From contig RSEE01000031.1 of assembly GCA_003971905.1 (NCBI GenBank), forward strand, positions 496,001 to 560,000: a DNA stretch of 64,000 nt, written 5' to 3'. Below are positions 50,442 to 63,211 of this stretch, one piece after another; within the stretch, counting starts at the first letter, position 1, and every line of letters starts with the position of its first letter. The translations under genes were made by a program, and so were the position numbers. Source of the stretch: Moniliella sp. 'wahieum'. Its lineage: Eukaryota. Below the pieces are notes generated by a model, which worked only from the letters and a program-made list of their open reading frames with translations, ran no database searches and had not been told where the DNA came from.

Positions 50442-53400
50442 TTAGGTGCCACGCGAGCGGTTGCGAACGTGTTGCGTGGGAGCCTTCTCGATGCTAGAAG
50501 CATGCGGGTAGGCGGGTGAAGCGGGAGGAAGCACGTTGGGCGAACGTGAAGGAAGGGGCGCGTAAGAGACATGCTTGCTCGTCGTGCTCATGTCAGGACC
50601 CTGGGAAGGGTAGGAGGCCAAAGGAGGATAGGGACTAAACGAATGTTCCTTTTGCCACGGCTCAGCCGGCATAGGCGGGGCAGAGGGACGGGTCTCCTCA
50701 TCGTCAGACCACTGACCATTGTCCAAAATGGCAGCCATGTCATGCGTGCCAATCATTTCGGTGCTAGCCCCCATGGCAGGATTTCCCAAGGGAGCAAGTA
50801 GCGGCGGAGGAGGCTGGGTCTCGTCGTACCCGCCAATGTCGGCGCCCCAACGGTCATCTTCGGCCTCGGAGCCATCGGACGTAGAGCTTTGACTGAGGCG
50901 AGTAGCTGGACGGAGGAAGCCATTGGCGTCCGCCACACGGGGAGCAGGGGCCAGCGACCCAGGAGCACCATTGGATACAAACGCTTGGCCAAACTGGGCC
51001 TCGAATTCAGCCCGCCGCTTAGCCTCGCGCTTGAGCTTGCGAAGACGACTGCGCTCCCACTCTTCCCATCGGCGCTTGGGGATTTTGGCCACGCTGGCCG
51101 CGGCCGCTTCATCCCCGTGGCCAGCACCCTTGGCCTCACCCTCGACCTTACGCGTCTCGCCCCAAGAGAAGTCGTCAAAGTGCCAGAAAGAGTAGACAGG
51201 CAGAATGAAGTTCCACACTGGCAACGCGATGAGGTAGACAAACATGTACAGAACGTACGTGACCTTGCGCGTGGCCAGTACGATGAGCACCGGGTAGACC
51301 CAAAACCACAGCCAAGAGCATGAGCGGGATGGCGTCACTGAAGTCCTTGGGCGGGTTGATGCAGGCTCGAATGATGAGTGTGTAGGTCAAAGCGATGGCG
51401 ACGGGCAGCGAGGCGGTACCGAACAGGTCCATAAACACAGAGAATTGCATGCTAAGGCAGAAGGTACCACAGAGATCACGGACCAAAACGAGTTCCATCA
51501 GGTTGTGCACCGTCGAGTTGATCCACCGACGGCGTTGGGATAGAAGCATTTTGAATGTGTCTGGCACTTCAGTCTTGCAACGGGCGCGGGGGCAGAAGAC
51601 CATTTTGCGTTGAGGAAAGTTACGCAGCATGAGCGTCGTCAGGAAACGGTCCTCGCCCAGAAGCAAGAGGTTCTTCTGATGAAGCGTATGAGCTGATCCT
51701 TGACTGTATTCACGGGTAATCTCGGGTGCCACAATGACGGGGACCCAGTCGTCGCCCATGTCTTTGCGGGCCTTGATGCGGTAGATAGAGAAACACCCTG
51801 GGAGACAGGTCACACCACCAAAGACCGATTCAAATGCCTTTTGGTTGTGGTGGGAGATAAAGTACTCAAACACTTGAATCATCGTCACCCAGGATTGATT
51901 CTTGTTGGTGATTCGCGTTTCCCCACAGGCACCCATAATCATGGGATCATGAGACATGCAGTCGGCCAAAATACGCATCGCGGACGGGTAAACCTTCGTG
52001 TCCGCATCCACCATAAGACAGAGCTCGAAAAAGTCAGGAGTGACACCGAGGAGGGTGTGGACCTTGCGGAAAAGGTCAAAATCGAGAGGAGACATGGGGT
52101 CATTGAACGTGCACCGCTGCAGGAAGTTCATGAGAATCATCTGCGAATCGCGCTTGCCACGGTTCCCTGGCTTGGCATCGTGCGCCTCTTCGGGCGTACC
52201 GCATTTGACCACAACCACCATAGGCGTACGGTGGCCTGGGCACTTGGTATAGTGCCCAGCGTACACCATGGCCATATTGTGCGCCTTAGCACCTCCTGCA
52301 ACTGAAGGGAAGCTCATCGGTGTCGGGGTGCCAAAGCGCGGGTCCGCATCAAGGAGTCCCACGCACGTATCAGGCGTGCTCTGTGCCTCGCCATGGCCTG
52401 TGACCATGCCGTCGGCAACGACAAAGAGGAGCTTGCGGTTGTCGGGGTAGTCCGAATTGGAGAGCGAAGCGAGCGTGTTGTTGATGCCTTCCTCTCCCTC
52501 TGAATACACGTGATGAGGGTGACAATGTAGGGCGAATCGCCGATCCCAGCAAGAGACATGTCAGTGGCAGGGGGGAGGCCGCCGTGGGAGGCAGTAGCCC
52601 AAGGCGCCGTACCAGGGTTGTTGACGTTCGACATAGCCCCGTCGGGCATCTGAGTGAGGGGGATGGCGCGCCCTGATCATAGCGGGGCTTGTCGGTCATT
52701 CGTCCTGCCACGAACCAGGCAAAGTAGAGTGCCATGAAAAAGCGAACGAAAATAAGGAGTAGAATGATGACCAACGATGAGTAGAGCACGAGTTGGGTGA
52801 AGAAGCAACCGGGCGTGATCTTGTCGATCTTGCCCGCATTGTACTTCTCCCGCAGACAGTTGAAGGTGTTCCTCCACTTGGGCTGGGTGTAAAGCAACGC
52901 GGTGGCATCCTTTCCACTTCCCGCAGGATCAGTGACCACGGCACGAATGATCGTGTCCACGGGGTCATTAGGAACAGGGTCTGGGTAGGCCGACATGTAG
53001 GGATCCATGTCCAACACAGTACCATCAATAACCTGTGCACGCCAAGTGAAGTTAGCACACAGTGTGAAGAAAAAACATAAGAGGGGGAAAGAAGACACAT
53101 ACAATGTAGTTGGTCGTGTTGGCCACGGTGATGGCAGGCCAACTCCAACCGACTTGGCGAGTCGAATTCTCAAACTTCTTGGAAGCCAGGTTGTCCGCCG
53201 TCAAGGGACCTGAAACGCAGCCGGGTTTCTGGCCCGTTGCCTTGATATTAACGTTGCACGTGTCGAGTTTGGCGGCGGCATAGGCGAGGCCAGTGCAAGA
53301 AGGGGCGTCGCGGCGGAAGAGGAAGCTAATGTCGGTACCCGGAGCATTCTGTGACACATTGTACAGGTTGAAGCCAACCTGTGTACTGTCAGGGACTTGG

Positions 53401-53908
53401 GCGTTGCCGATTTTGAACATCCAGCCATCGATGCCGAGCATGCCACTGTACTCGCGGTCGTTGAGGCTGTAGAACTTGTTGGATGTGTTTTGAGCCGAAG
53501 CGGGACAGAAGGCAGCGGTGAGGGCGATGGTGATGAAGATGACAAAGCCACCCATCAGAAGCGAGATGGAGCAGAGGGCGACCTTTTCGCGCCACGCTTG
53601 GCGGGAGGGCTTGTCCTTGATTCCACACGAACCCAGAATGGCCCCAGGAGCCCAAAATGTGACAATATGGGCGTAGACGGACCACCAGTTAATGCCACTT
53701 TTGGCGGCAGGCTGGTCGGGGGGGTTGATCATGGGTGCCTGGGGTGGCTGCGCTCAGGACGGGTGAGGGTCTTGGCGCGGCGCATCGTGGTGGGCGCACG
53801 GAGCGGTGGAGCAGCAATGGAAGCATCGATGGGGATGGACGTGTCCGGCTGCGGTTGCCCGCGCATGCGGATGAACGTCTTGGACGACAGGTCCGTCCGA
53901 CGAGCCAT
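50442..53908 (-). CDS. Chitin synthase, division 2, class IV-like (no myosin motor domain)
   Basis: [16 protein letters not shown]...[69 protein letters not shown]; intron near 53033-53101. Confidence 0.95.
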
Positions 53909-54816
53909 GGTGGGCGAGGCGGACGCGAAACGAGAGTGGCCTAGGTGGGCAGGCGGGTGGGCGGGGAGGGAAGGGGCGGCTGCAGGCACTGCACACGGCA
54001 GGAGAGAGTGGGGGGGGGGGGGGGCGGAGAGAAGGTAGTGGTGGTGGTGGTGGTGGTGGTGGTGGGTCGGGGCCACCCAGCCGCGCCACGCAGTGCGCCG
54101 GTGGGATCTGAGACGAAGCCAATCGCCGAAACTCGCATTTGCTGTGAAATTGCACGGGGGCTGCAGGGCCGCCGGCACGGCACCACTGCCGTGCACCACA
54201 GCAATCGGGGCGCATGGGCCCAGTCTCTGGCCAGGGGCTGCCTGGGTGACGGGCGTGGCGCAGACTGTGGGGCAGTACGCAGCACTTGGCCGCCTGGGCG
54301 CGCCCGCAGCCAGCCGCGCGCCATTGTCGGCAGCGCACTGCGCCCCTTGCTCCCTCCACGTGGGGCACGTCCGCGTCTCACATTGCCGTGACGCTGGCCG
54401 CACAGGCGCAGCCTCTGCCGCCCAGGCTCGGCGCCTCTCTGGCAGCGAATGCTTGGCGTCGCCCCGAGGGAAGTGTGCCGCCCCACTGGCCACGGCGCCA
54501 CTGTCGGCGGGCGCGGTGCACGTTGCCTACATCGGCACAGCCTGCTGCGCACTGCATCTGCCGTGGGAGGCTCGGCGCGGATCGCACTGGCGCAGTGCGT
54601 GCATGTGCCACCGAGGGCCTGCAGCTTGCACGGGGCAGCCAAGCCACTGTTGGGCAAGCGGCTGCCTGCGCGCTTTACAATGGGTTAATGGCAGTGCTCA
54701 GCCCGAGCGCAGAGGCCACTAGCTAGCCCTCCAGCGCCCCAGCTCTGAACAACACCCCTTCGCACTCGCCCGAGAAGAGCTAACCGCTTGATCCATGCCC
54801 CTTTCCTCTGGTACCT

Positions 54817-54861
54817 CATTTCGTCTTCATTTCGTCTTCATTTATCTTCATTTCGTCTTCA
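54817..54861 (+). repeat. Tandem 11-bp repeat (TTTCGTCTTCA), about four copies, one degenerate
   Basis: catttcgtcttcatttcgtcttcatttatcttcatttcgtcttca. Confidence 0.75.
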
Positions 54862-55287
54862 GTCTCTGTACGGATCCCGCGGCTATCCCACAGGCGTCGA
54901 GCTGTTCCTTGACATGACCGGTCCGATATACCCTGTCTTTGTCTGCGCCAACCTTCTGGCCAATCCTCTCCACAGGACCACAGAATACAGGCACGCTAGT
55001 CTTGCTCGTTCGGGCGCATACGCAACCTTTTTGCCACGCCAGTCGATGCCCCACAATTGAGAGGCCCCCCGCTTCGTCTCGAGCTCCGTGCGGATCTGCC
55101 AGCGGTGTTCAGACTCGACCAACTATGAGTGGCCTCTGTCCTCTCTCTAAGGGAAAGCACCCCTAAAATTGTGGGTTGGACTCCAGTCCGGGGCCAGTCC
55201 ATGAAAACATTCAAAGATAGCATAGAGAGGATGTTGGTGCTAGGCACCCGAATACACAGTATAGCGTGCCATGTCAACAAACAAAAA

Positions 55288-55388
55288 TGTCGTGTCCCGG
55301 GATCGAACCGGGGACCTTGAGGAATCCAGGCGGATTTGCTATTGAAGACAACTTCAATCTCACGCTCTCCCATCTGAGCTAACCCGAC
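55288..55388 (-). tRNA. tRNA-Phe(GAA) with an intron of about 28 nt
   Basis: Minus strand GTCGGGT TAGCTCAGATGGGAGAGC G TGAGA TT GAA G [intron containing CTTCAAT, complementary to the anticodon loop] ..CTCA AGGTC CCCGG TTCGATC CCGGG ACACGAC A, followed by a T-run Pol III terminator. Confidence 0.9.
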
Positions 55389-55989
55389 GTAGTGGCGCAC
55401 CTTTTTTGTCTTAGCCACAGGTCTGCAATTCATTCTGCTAGTGGACATTCTGGATTCACCCTATACCTTCCGCTTGTCGCCCACGCTCGCACAACCCCCT
55501 TGCCATGCCGTCCAGTGGCACCCCTACCACGAAAGAAACGCAAGCACCAAAGTCCCATGAGTGGACTGTTCCGACCTCACTCCCCGGAACCGGGGAGGGG
55601 CAGCCTGTCCGGACCGTCATCCAAGGGGAGGGGGGGGGGCAAGTGTTTTTGCATGGGACCCGTGGGTCGGCGGGGGCGGGGGGTCATGATAACTGACTCC
55701 AAGGTAGCTGGGTATGAGGACCGTACGTATATAGGGGGTTATACCTATAGTGGACCATCCGATCGGCCATAGACGTGGCATGCATAAGAATTCGCATGGC
55801 TGATATGAGGCACTTTCTTTGGACGGAGAGGCGTACTAACCATGTTCCGGGACAGGTGTGGTTGTGGCTGGATTCAAGCTTCAATGTTCGTGTCAACGTT
55901 CAACGAATACCAACATCATCACTCTAGAACACGGTACCAAGAGAGCCATCAACTAGGTCAATCAAAGGTCATCAGGCCGTCGGTCAGGA

Positions 55990-56560
55990 CTACCCATGTC
56001 GCATCCGTTCGACACCAATAACTATTAAGAGCTCCCCCTGTGGTATAAGATGAACCATACACGGCCGAGTGAAGGAGACATGAATTGAAGGTCAGCCATG
56101 ATAGCAGGGAAGGTACATACCATGCGCAGTAGGGAACTGGCGGATACAGTCGATGGCGAGGTTGGCCTCGACCGGACGGCGCCAACCAATCGCGCCAACA
56201 GAGTACAGCCCTGAGAAAGACAGAAGAAAGATGGTCAGCGCTTTGTCCATCGCGCAGCTGTAGAAAGATCAGACAAGGCTGAAACTTGAATGGAACTTGA
56301 CTTTTCCCCATGATGGGTAAGACTAACGAGACTCCGGTCAAAGTTGGGATCATCACCATAGGCCCACATCCCCGACGCGGCACGACGAGGATAGATGGGG
56401 GGGAGGGTGTGGAGACAAATAGCTTACCCTTGGTATAGAACGACGATGGGTCAGTGGGCTTCCGCAAGAGCGAGGGCGAGTGGCTGGTTGGAAGTGCAAC
56501 GCGGAGTGCTCGGCTGGAGGTGGTGGGACAAGGGCTGCCCGCATCTCACAACGTCTGGGG
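55990..56560 (-). other. Spliced snoRNA host transcript (non-coding or short ORF), divergent from SNX4
   Basis: Two clean introns on minus strand: 56211-56427 (GTAAGC...GCTGAC...TTTCTCAG) and 56038-56120 (GTATGT...GCTGAC...CACAG); exons encode nothing recognisable; outer limits uncertain. Confidence 0.6.
56265..56361 (-). ncRNA. Box C/D snoRNA, snR41-like (18S rRNA 2'-O-methylation guide)
   Basis: C box GTGATGA (56350-56356), D box CTGA (56269-56272), 14-nt guide AAGTTTCAGCCTTG just upstream of box D complementary to conserved 18S CAAGGCUGAAACUU; second guide CTCGTTA matches 18S UAACGAG; lies inside an intron. Confidence 0.8.
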
Positions 56561-57005
56561 AAGAAAAAGAGAAAAAATGAGCATGTGGAGGCCAGGTGGG
56601 ATTACGTCAGCGGGGTTTATACGCTTATGGGAAGGAGAGGAGTGAAACGTTTCAACGGGGCATGGCCTGTTTCGGCAGTGAAATTTGAAATTGGTGGCAG
56701 GGGCGAGTGGCGCGTGGCGGAGAGCAACTGGTTACTGACAGTGCTGCGCAGCACTGCGTCGGTGTGCCACGGCCAGTGAGATCAGTGAGAGGCAACAGAG
56801 ATCGTTGAGCGCCGGCGTAGATAAATAACGTTCTTAGTTAAACGTTGCCGCTCCATAATCAGCACGATTTTTGCACACATGCCCATCAGGTCGCCAGCAA
56901 TCTTGTTGCTCCTGGTGGCTTCCCCACGCCCCCCTCTCCCTCCCCATCCGCGGTGTCCCCATAGCCTAGTCGGCCCCCAGCGCGCTGGTCGGTCTTCTGG
57001 CACCA

Positions 57006-58803
57006 ATGCCCACTCCATCCGTTGCATCTCCCTCTGCACTGGCATCGACATCCGCGCTTCCTCCTGCCCCTGCCCCAGAGCCGGCACCGGCGCCGACGCA
57101 CTCCCTTACCCTCCACGTGTCCTCCTTCCTCCCACCCTGCCTCGTCCCCGCCGCTCGTCCGCAGCGAGCCGGAAGCCTGGTCCCAATCTGCTCGTCTCCC
57201 TTGAAGCTGGAAGTGCAGGCGCCGGGAAGGCACGGGTACCTTCGAGTCCAAGTCCTCCAACCGCAACGAGAAGGGGTACTTTTACCTGCGCCGCCTGGGA
57301 CAGAGGCAGATGAGGCGGTTTTCTCATTGGCCTCTTCGAGGGGGGCACAGGACCCGGAGGTAGAGATGACGGTTCCTGAAGAAGAGGAGGAAGAAGATGT
57401 GTACGTTACCTACTTGATCCAAGGCCAGACCAACCTGCCCCACTTTGCCCACCGTGAATGGGCGCGTAGGCGACGGTACGGGACTTTGCGTTTTTGCACC
57501 ATGCGTTGGTCCGTGACTTTGCCGCGTGTGTGGTGCCGCCATTGCCTGAAAAACATCGGATGGAGTACTGGTCCGGGCGACCGGTTCAGTCCCCCCTTTC
57601 TCCGCCGTCGCACCACCGACCTCGACATCTTTCTCCAACGACTCTGCCGCCACCCAACCCTGATGCAACACCTTTGCTCTGCTCCTTCCTCTCGTCTGAC
57701 GAGTGGGTACGTCCCGTCTCGCCCACACTTCTTGGAGATGATGAGACCAGAACTGACCTTCTTTCTTATCTTTTCTCTTTCTTCTCTCCTCGTCACTGTA
57801 AGGCGGTTGACATGCACACCCACTCCGCCATGTCGGCGCGGAAGAGCAATTTGTCCGCAATGGGCAATGCAGCGGTCGCACCTGGCTTGCTCAATAGCTT
57901 GTCCGACAAGATTGTGACTGCGCTGGGGCGGGTAAAGAAACCGGACGAGCAATTTGTTCCCATCTCGGATCAGCTGGACTTGTTGCAGGAAGCATTGGCG
58001 GCGCTTGATGGCGTGGTGAGCCGGCACCGATCGCATGCGGCGGGTATGTGCTGTCGTGTCTCTGGAGGCCTGGGCCGGTCGATACAGAGGGAAAGCAGGA
58101 AACGGATCCGGGGAGGAAAAACGACTAACCTGTTCTGATGGCTATGACATGATGACAGCGCTGGCAGACGAGTATGAGGACTTGGCGCTGGCCTTCAAAG
58201 CGTTTTCGAATTGGAGACGGCATGGCCCTTTTTTTGGCAGTTTGGCGATACGCGGAAGATGGGCAAGATGGTGCGGACAGATAGGAAGCGCAGTACGCAA
58301 CACGTTGCCCAGTGTCACAAGCGCTCGTGGCCTATGCCCAGGCTTACCAACGCGTTTTGCTCATTCGCCAAGCAAAGCAGATTGATGTGGAACAACTGAC
58401 GCACTACTATTCTGTGACTGCGGCCGAACGCGACGGTTGGGCGGGTTGGCCTATGGCCGTGCCTCGGGCGGCGTCCGCGCTGCGGGCATCACGGGATACC
58501 TACGCGACCAACTCGATCATCTACGTGGCGTGGACGAGGAACAAACACGGGTGGAACGCATGCAGCGACTCGAGGTTCGCATGCACGAATTGCAAGCGGC
58601 GGTGACGACGAGTGAGAAGGTGCTCAGGACCTTCTCCCACCAAGTCCTCTCCGAGTCGCTGGTGGTGCAGGACAAAAGCAGCGTGAACTTCACGATGTTT
58701 TGGCCGAGCTGACGGCGAGCAAAGTGGCCTGCACCAACACTCGGCTCAGCATTGGGACAACCTGCTCCACAGCCTGGGAGCCAGTGGGAGCGCGAGCGCT
58801 TAG
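57006..58803 (+). CDS. SNX4: Sorting nexin 4 / Atg24 (PX-BAR)
   Basis: PX: VYVTYLI, RRRY, LVRDFAACVVPPLPEKHRMEY..GDRFS..FL.RR..DL..FLQRLCRHPTL; BAR: LLNSLSDKIVTALGRVKKPDEQF, KQIDVEQLT, GITGYLRDQLDHLRGVD; introns near 57708-57800 and 58044-58158. Confidence 0.9.
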
Positions 58804-59222
58804 CCTAGGTTGGCGGGTGGCATGTGCTTGGCGTCGACTGTCTGTCTGTCTCTGGTGATGACGGTGATGATGGTGATGCTGGTGATGCTGGTGATGATGA
58901 TGAGGATCTTAGTGTTGACAGGGTGTGGTCGCAGATTGGGGCAGGCAGCGGCGGAAAAAAGGCGCGGTGGGGTTGGGGTAAATGGGGGGGCGGAATGGCG
59001 GCGGCTGGGCGCCTGTGTGGGGAGCAGCCAGTACGTCTGGTGGGCTCCAGCCAGGGGCAGCGTCATCCTCACGCGTCACCCTTCCCCTGCCGAGCCAACT
59101 CACACGCACCAGCCACTGCTACTCACCAACCCCCACCGCCTGCCCTCGCGTGGCCTCGCTTGCCCCCCGCCGCCACCACCACCACCGCCACCACCGCCAC
59201 CACCACCACCACCACCACCACC

Positions 59223-62200
59223 ATGGCCGACGCGGCGCCCAAGCCACGCGTCTTCAGCTCCGCCAGCATCTCCCGCCAGTTCCGCCAGAAGGCCGCCGCC
59301 GCCGACACCCGCCCTACCCCCCGCCCTGGCCCGCACCCACGCCCATCCGCACCTCCGCCTCCCCCGCCCACCCCCGCCCCCTGGGCCACCCGCCCTGCCT
59401 CCTCTTCCGCCGCGCCATCCCCTCCGCCGCCTTCCCCACCCCCCGGCCGCACCCACCCGAGGCCCACGCCGAAGCCCACGCCGAAGCCCACCCCCCCCGA
59501 CCAGCCCCTCTCCCTCCCCCTCTCCCCAGCACGCCCCGCCGCCTACCACCTCCTCTTCCTCCCCTCCTCCCGCCCCCCCTCCGCCGCAGCCAATCTGCTC
59601 ACATACAACGCCCTTGGCTCCCACCCCCCCCCATCTCACTCTCGATCCTTTGGGCCCCCCTGGGACGAGCTGGACGACGAGGACCTCATCACCCCACCAT
59701 CCTCCCCCTTTCCAACCCCCCCTCCTTTTCGCCCCCGTCCCCTGCTCCTCGACATCCCAAACACGCCCCCCCCAAGCATCTTGGCCCCACCAACCTCCTG
59801 TGGCCAAAAGAGTGTCACTGACTTTGACGACGAGACCCTCCCCCGCTTCCCGGCCCGCTCGTCCCAAGCCTACCAGACATCGCGTTTCCTCCCATCGCAC
59901 GCGCCCCGCTCTCACCCGCAGCAGCCCGTCGTCGACCCTGCCGCCCAGGCTCAGGCCCAAACCGCCATCCGGGGATGGGGACCACTGGCGCAACGATATG
60001 CCGCCCTCAACAAGCCCCATGGCCCAGTGGGCATAAGGTGGACAAGCCCAAGCCCAAGTCCCAGGCAACGCCCACGCCCACCCTGCAACGCCCGTGTCCG
60101 TGCCCGAATCCAAGTCATCTCATGCTGCCCACCCCCCAGCGCACACGCAAGCATCGGCATCGGCTTCCGTCCACTCGTCTATTATTACATCCCCACCAGT
60201 CCCGCGCGTCCTTTCACACATACCGGCGGTAGCGACCGTGCTCCAGCAGATGCACATCGTCCTCCCGCTTGGGGTGGCGTGAAGCGCAGCTTGCAAGGGA
60301 GGGAGACTGCCCCCGCTCCACCTACTGCACAGACAGCCCACTCTCCTCCCCGCACGCCCTCTGTTCTGTCCCCGACTTCACCCGTCGTACCTTCAGTACC
60401 CACGGGTGCCTCTTCGGTTCCACCAGAATCTACGGTTTCTACTTCCTTGCCTGCTGCCTCGCCCACGCGCCGCACGCTTTTGGGGGGCCTCCGGACCACA
60501 GTGCCATTGAACGTGCCGTTTACGTCGCGCCGAAGAGGAAAAGAGGCGGGAAGAGGAGGCGAATCGGGCTCGCGCGAGGGGGGCGGCCTTGGCGGAAAAA
60601 ATCGAGGCCGAGCGCAAGCTAAAGGAAAACAAAGCGCGGGCTGGCTCTGCATTGCACAGCAAGAAAACACCCCGTGTTGGTTCCTCCCACACTGGCTCTG
60701 CAGAGAAAGGGGGAGAGGCGGGGGTTCAAGCATCAAATGGCAACGAAGCCTACATTGCCGTCGAACCCATCGCTTCCACGCCGGCCACCTTCTTCTCCCT
60801 CTAAGCCAATTAACAAGGAAGAGCAAGCGCGGGAATTGGCAGCGGTACGGGCCGAAAGGGATACCCTGCTGCAAGAGCTGGAGGCAGCCAAGGCACATTC
60901 CATTCCCGTCGCGGTGGAGAATGGACCGAAGCACGCGTCGCCCCAACGCCCGAATGAGGCGCCTCTTCACCAGAATCACTCTGGTGCGTCAGAGCCGACG
61001 GTGACCTTGCCCAGTACTTCCTCGTCCTCGCCTCCTCTGATCCGGGCACGGGCTCATTTCCCCTCTCGACTCACGACAGAAACCAGGTCAACTGCAGTGA
61101 GCGCTGCGGTACTCCCCCCACCAAGCGCCTCCCCCTCCGCGCAGCCAACTTGCACTTGCCTCGTCCGGCTATCCGGCCCGTGTGGGACTATGTGAGCAAG
61201 TTTGACATGTCCGACAAGCGGCCCGTGTGGAGCCGGTTCGTCGTCCACTTGCCCTCTTTTCATTCGCCGCGGGGCCAGCTCTCTGCCGTACAACTCGCCC
61301 GTCTCAGGAACAAGGTCGCCCGTGCGCTTGACCGCCGGCCCAAGCGCGTCAGCAGTCTGACCGATCCTTGGGCCGACGTACACGGTGGCCTCGCCTCGTC
61401 TTCTTACCGAGGTGCCCAACTCTCCCCCCCGGGGCCATTCCCGAGGACGGCTGGGTGCTACCCCGCCCCCCCACTGTATCCCGCGTCCGTCTGCCTCGCC
61501 GCTGGTTGGCACGAGGGCTCAAGCCAAAAGTGGTGCAGGAGCAGCCTGCGTCTGGCTCGGTTCTTGTCCAAGGATTGGACGTGGCCAGTGCGCCTCCCGA
61601 CCAAGAATGGGTGCAGGAGGAGCTGTTCCCGTCCTCATTGATGGCCGTGTCGGGATTGACTACGGAAGCAGGAGAGCCTTGCTCCACCCAAATCGCCTTA
61701 CCGGGCAAGCAACTGAGCACACACCCGGGCAAGGCTCCTCCCATCTGGGCTCTACTAACGACACTAGTCCAACAGAACTGCCCACAACCCTTCTCCCTAG
61801 TGCAGAAACAACAAGGATGCTCTGTCTACGGCGCATCCCCGTTCCCGACGTTTCTTCTCAACCTGGCGACCCTTCCCTTCTCTCTGGCCTCGCTGTCCCA
61901 GCGTCCCCCTCGTCTCGACTTTTGCCCCCTCGCCAACCTGGATCTCATTGGCCCTCTCCTTCCGGCGACGATCAAAGCTTCAAACAATCTTCTTCTGCCC
62001 CGCGTTCCCCTGTGACTGCTATCGCTGCTCCGGGCCATGGGCGGCATGGTCTCCCACCTGCCCCCCATCCGATCCGACCGGGCGATGGCTTAGCACCTGT
62101 TGGAAGCGAGTCGGATGGTACTCTGTACGTCCCCCCCCCGCTTCTCCTCATCTTTCAAGCGCGAGTGATTCCGTTTCTGACCCACTTGTTTGGCCTTAGG

Positions 62201-63211
62201 CACGTCGTCTGGCCGAACCACCTGTCATACATGGGGGCTCAACTTTCCCATCGTGACGACACGCCCGCTCGGGCCGGAGTGACTCGGCGGATGTGACGTC
62301 CGAAGTGATCAAGCAAGTTTGGGCCCAGCCTAGTGGACATGCGCTTCCCAATCCAGAGCCGGTCACTGCGACCAAGACTGCTGAGGTCGCAAAGGCGTCT
62401 CCAGCGTCAGAGAAGGCAGCCCCAGCAGGTTCCTCCCCACGGGTGCCTACCTCTGACCCGGCTCGCGGCTCTCGGCGGCCGGAGCCACGTGCCGCTCCTC
62501 CCCAAGGTCCGCATGGGTACGGGACGGAACATGCAGCCACGATGACTGGATCGACGCTCCCGCTCCACCTGGGTTGGGGACCCGAGTAGCGTCTGCGTCT
62601 GCGTCCGCATCGGCCTCTGTCTCGCCCGTCTCGTTCCCGCCGGAAGGCCAAGAATGGAGCAGCGAATACGCCCCGGATTACGGCTACGGGTACTACCCCT
62701 CCCCCGCAATGCCGTTATCCAGTCCAGGCGACTACCTTGTGCCGCACGGCATGCCAGCTTTCTCTGCGCCCAAGCCGCTGGACGCTGGCAACCGTTTCGG
62801 ATCGGTCTACGCGCCCTACCCCCCCACGCAACCCACAGGCTTCTCCCCACCCTTTCTGCCCCGCTCCCGGCCCGCAACGGGCGCGGGGCCCGCGTTTCCT
62901 TGGGTGGATCACCAATGTTGCACCCGTGGCAGTACCCCGGACCAGGAACGCAGTACTATTCGTACCGTACGACGCCGTTCCTCCGCCCAGCTCCTTGGCT
63001 CGTCCCTCGTCCGCCCACCGACGCTGGCTCCGCTCCCGCTCCCGCTCCGGCCTCCTCCGCCCCCGCCCGCACCCCCGTCTCCGCGGACCCGGACCGCTCC
63101 CCTCGCTCGCCCGTCGCACCGGCTGCCACGTCGTCGTCCGACTCGGTGCGACGCGACCGGCTGGCCGAGCCCGGGCCGAGCGCGTTTGCTAGCTACGATC
63201 CGGTTTGGTAA
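59223..63211 (+). CDS. Large Pro/Ser-rich hypothetical protein with a central coiled-coil segment
   Basis: ATG in CCATGG after a (CCA)n leader; coding-like blocks over shifting frames (MADAAPKPRVFSSASISRQF; EEEKRREEEANRAR..LAEKIEAERKLKE; RPAIRPVWDYVSKFDMSDKRPVWSRFVVHLP; ends SYDPVW*); no domain recognised. Confidence 0.55.

Noticed and set aside
55900..55980. Additional C-box-like TGATGA motifs downstream of the snoRNA host
   Set aside because: No suitably placed CTGA D box or recognisable rRNA complement found
1089..63211. Frameshifts in almost every gene, suggesting pseudogenes or programmed frameshifting
   Set aside because: They affect essential genes (ACC1, RFC1, CYT1, ATR) evenly and are mostly single-base losses while motifs stay intact, which fits sequencing/consensus indel error
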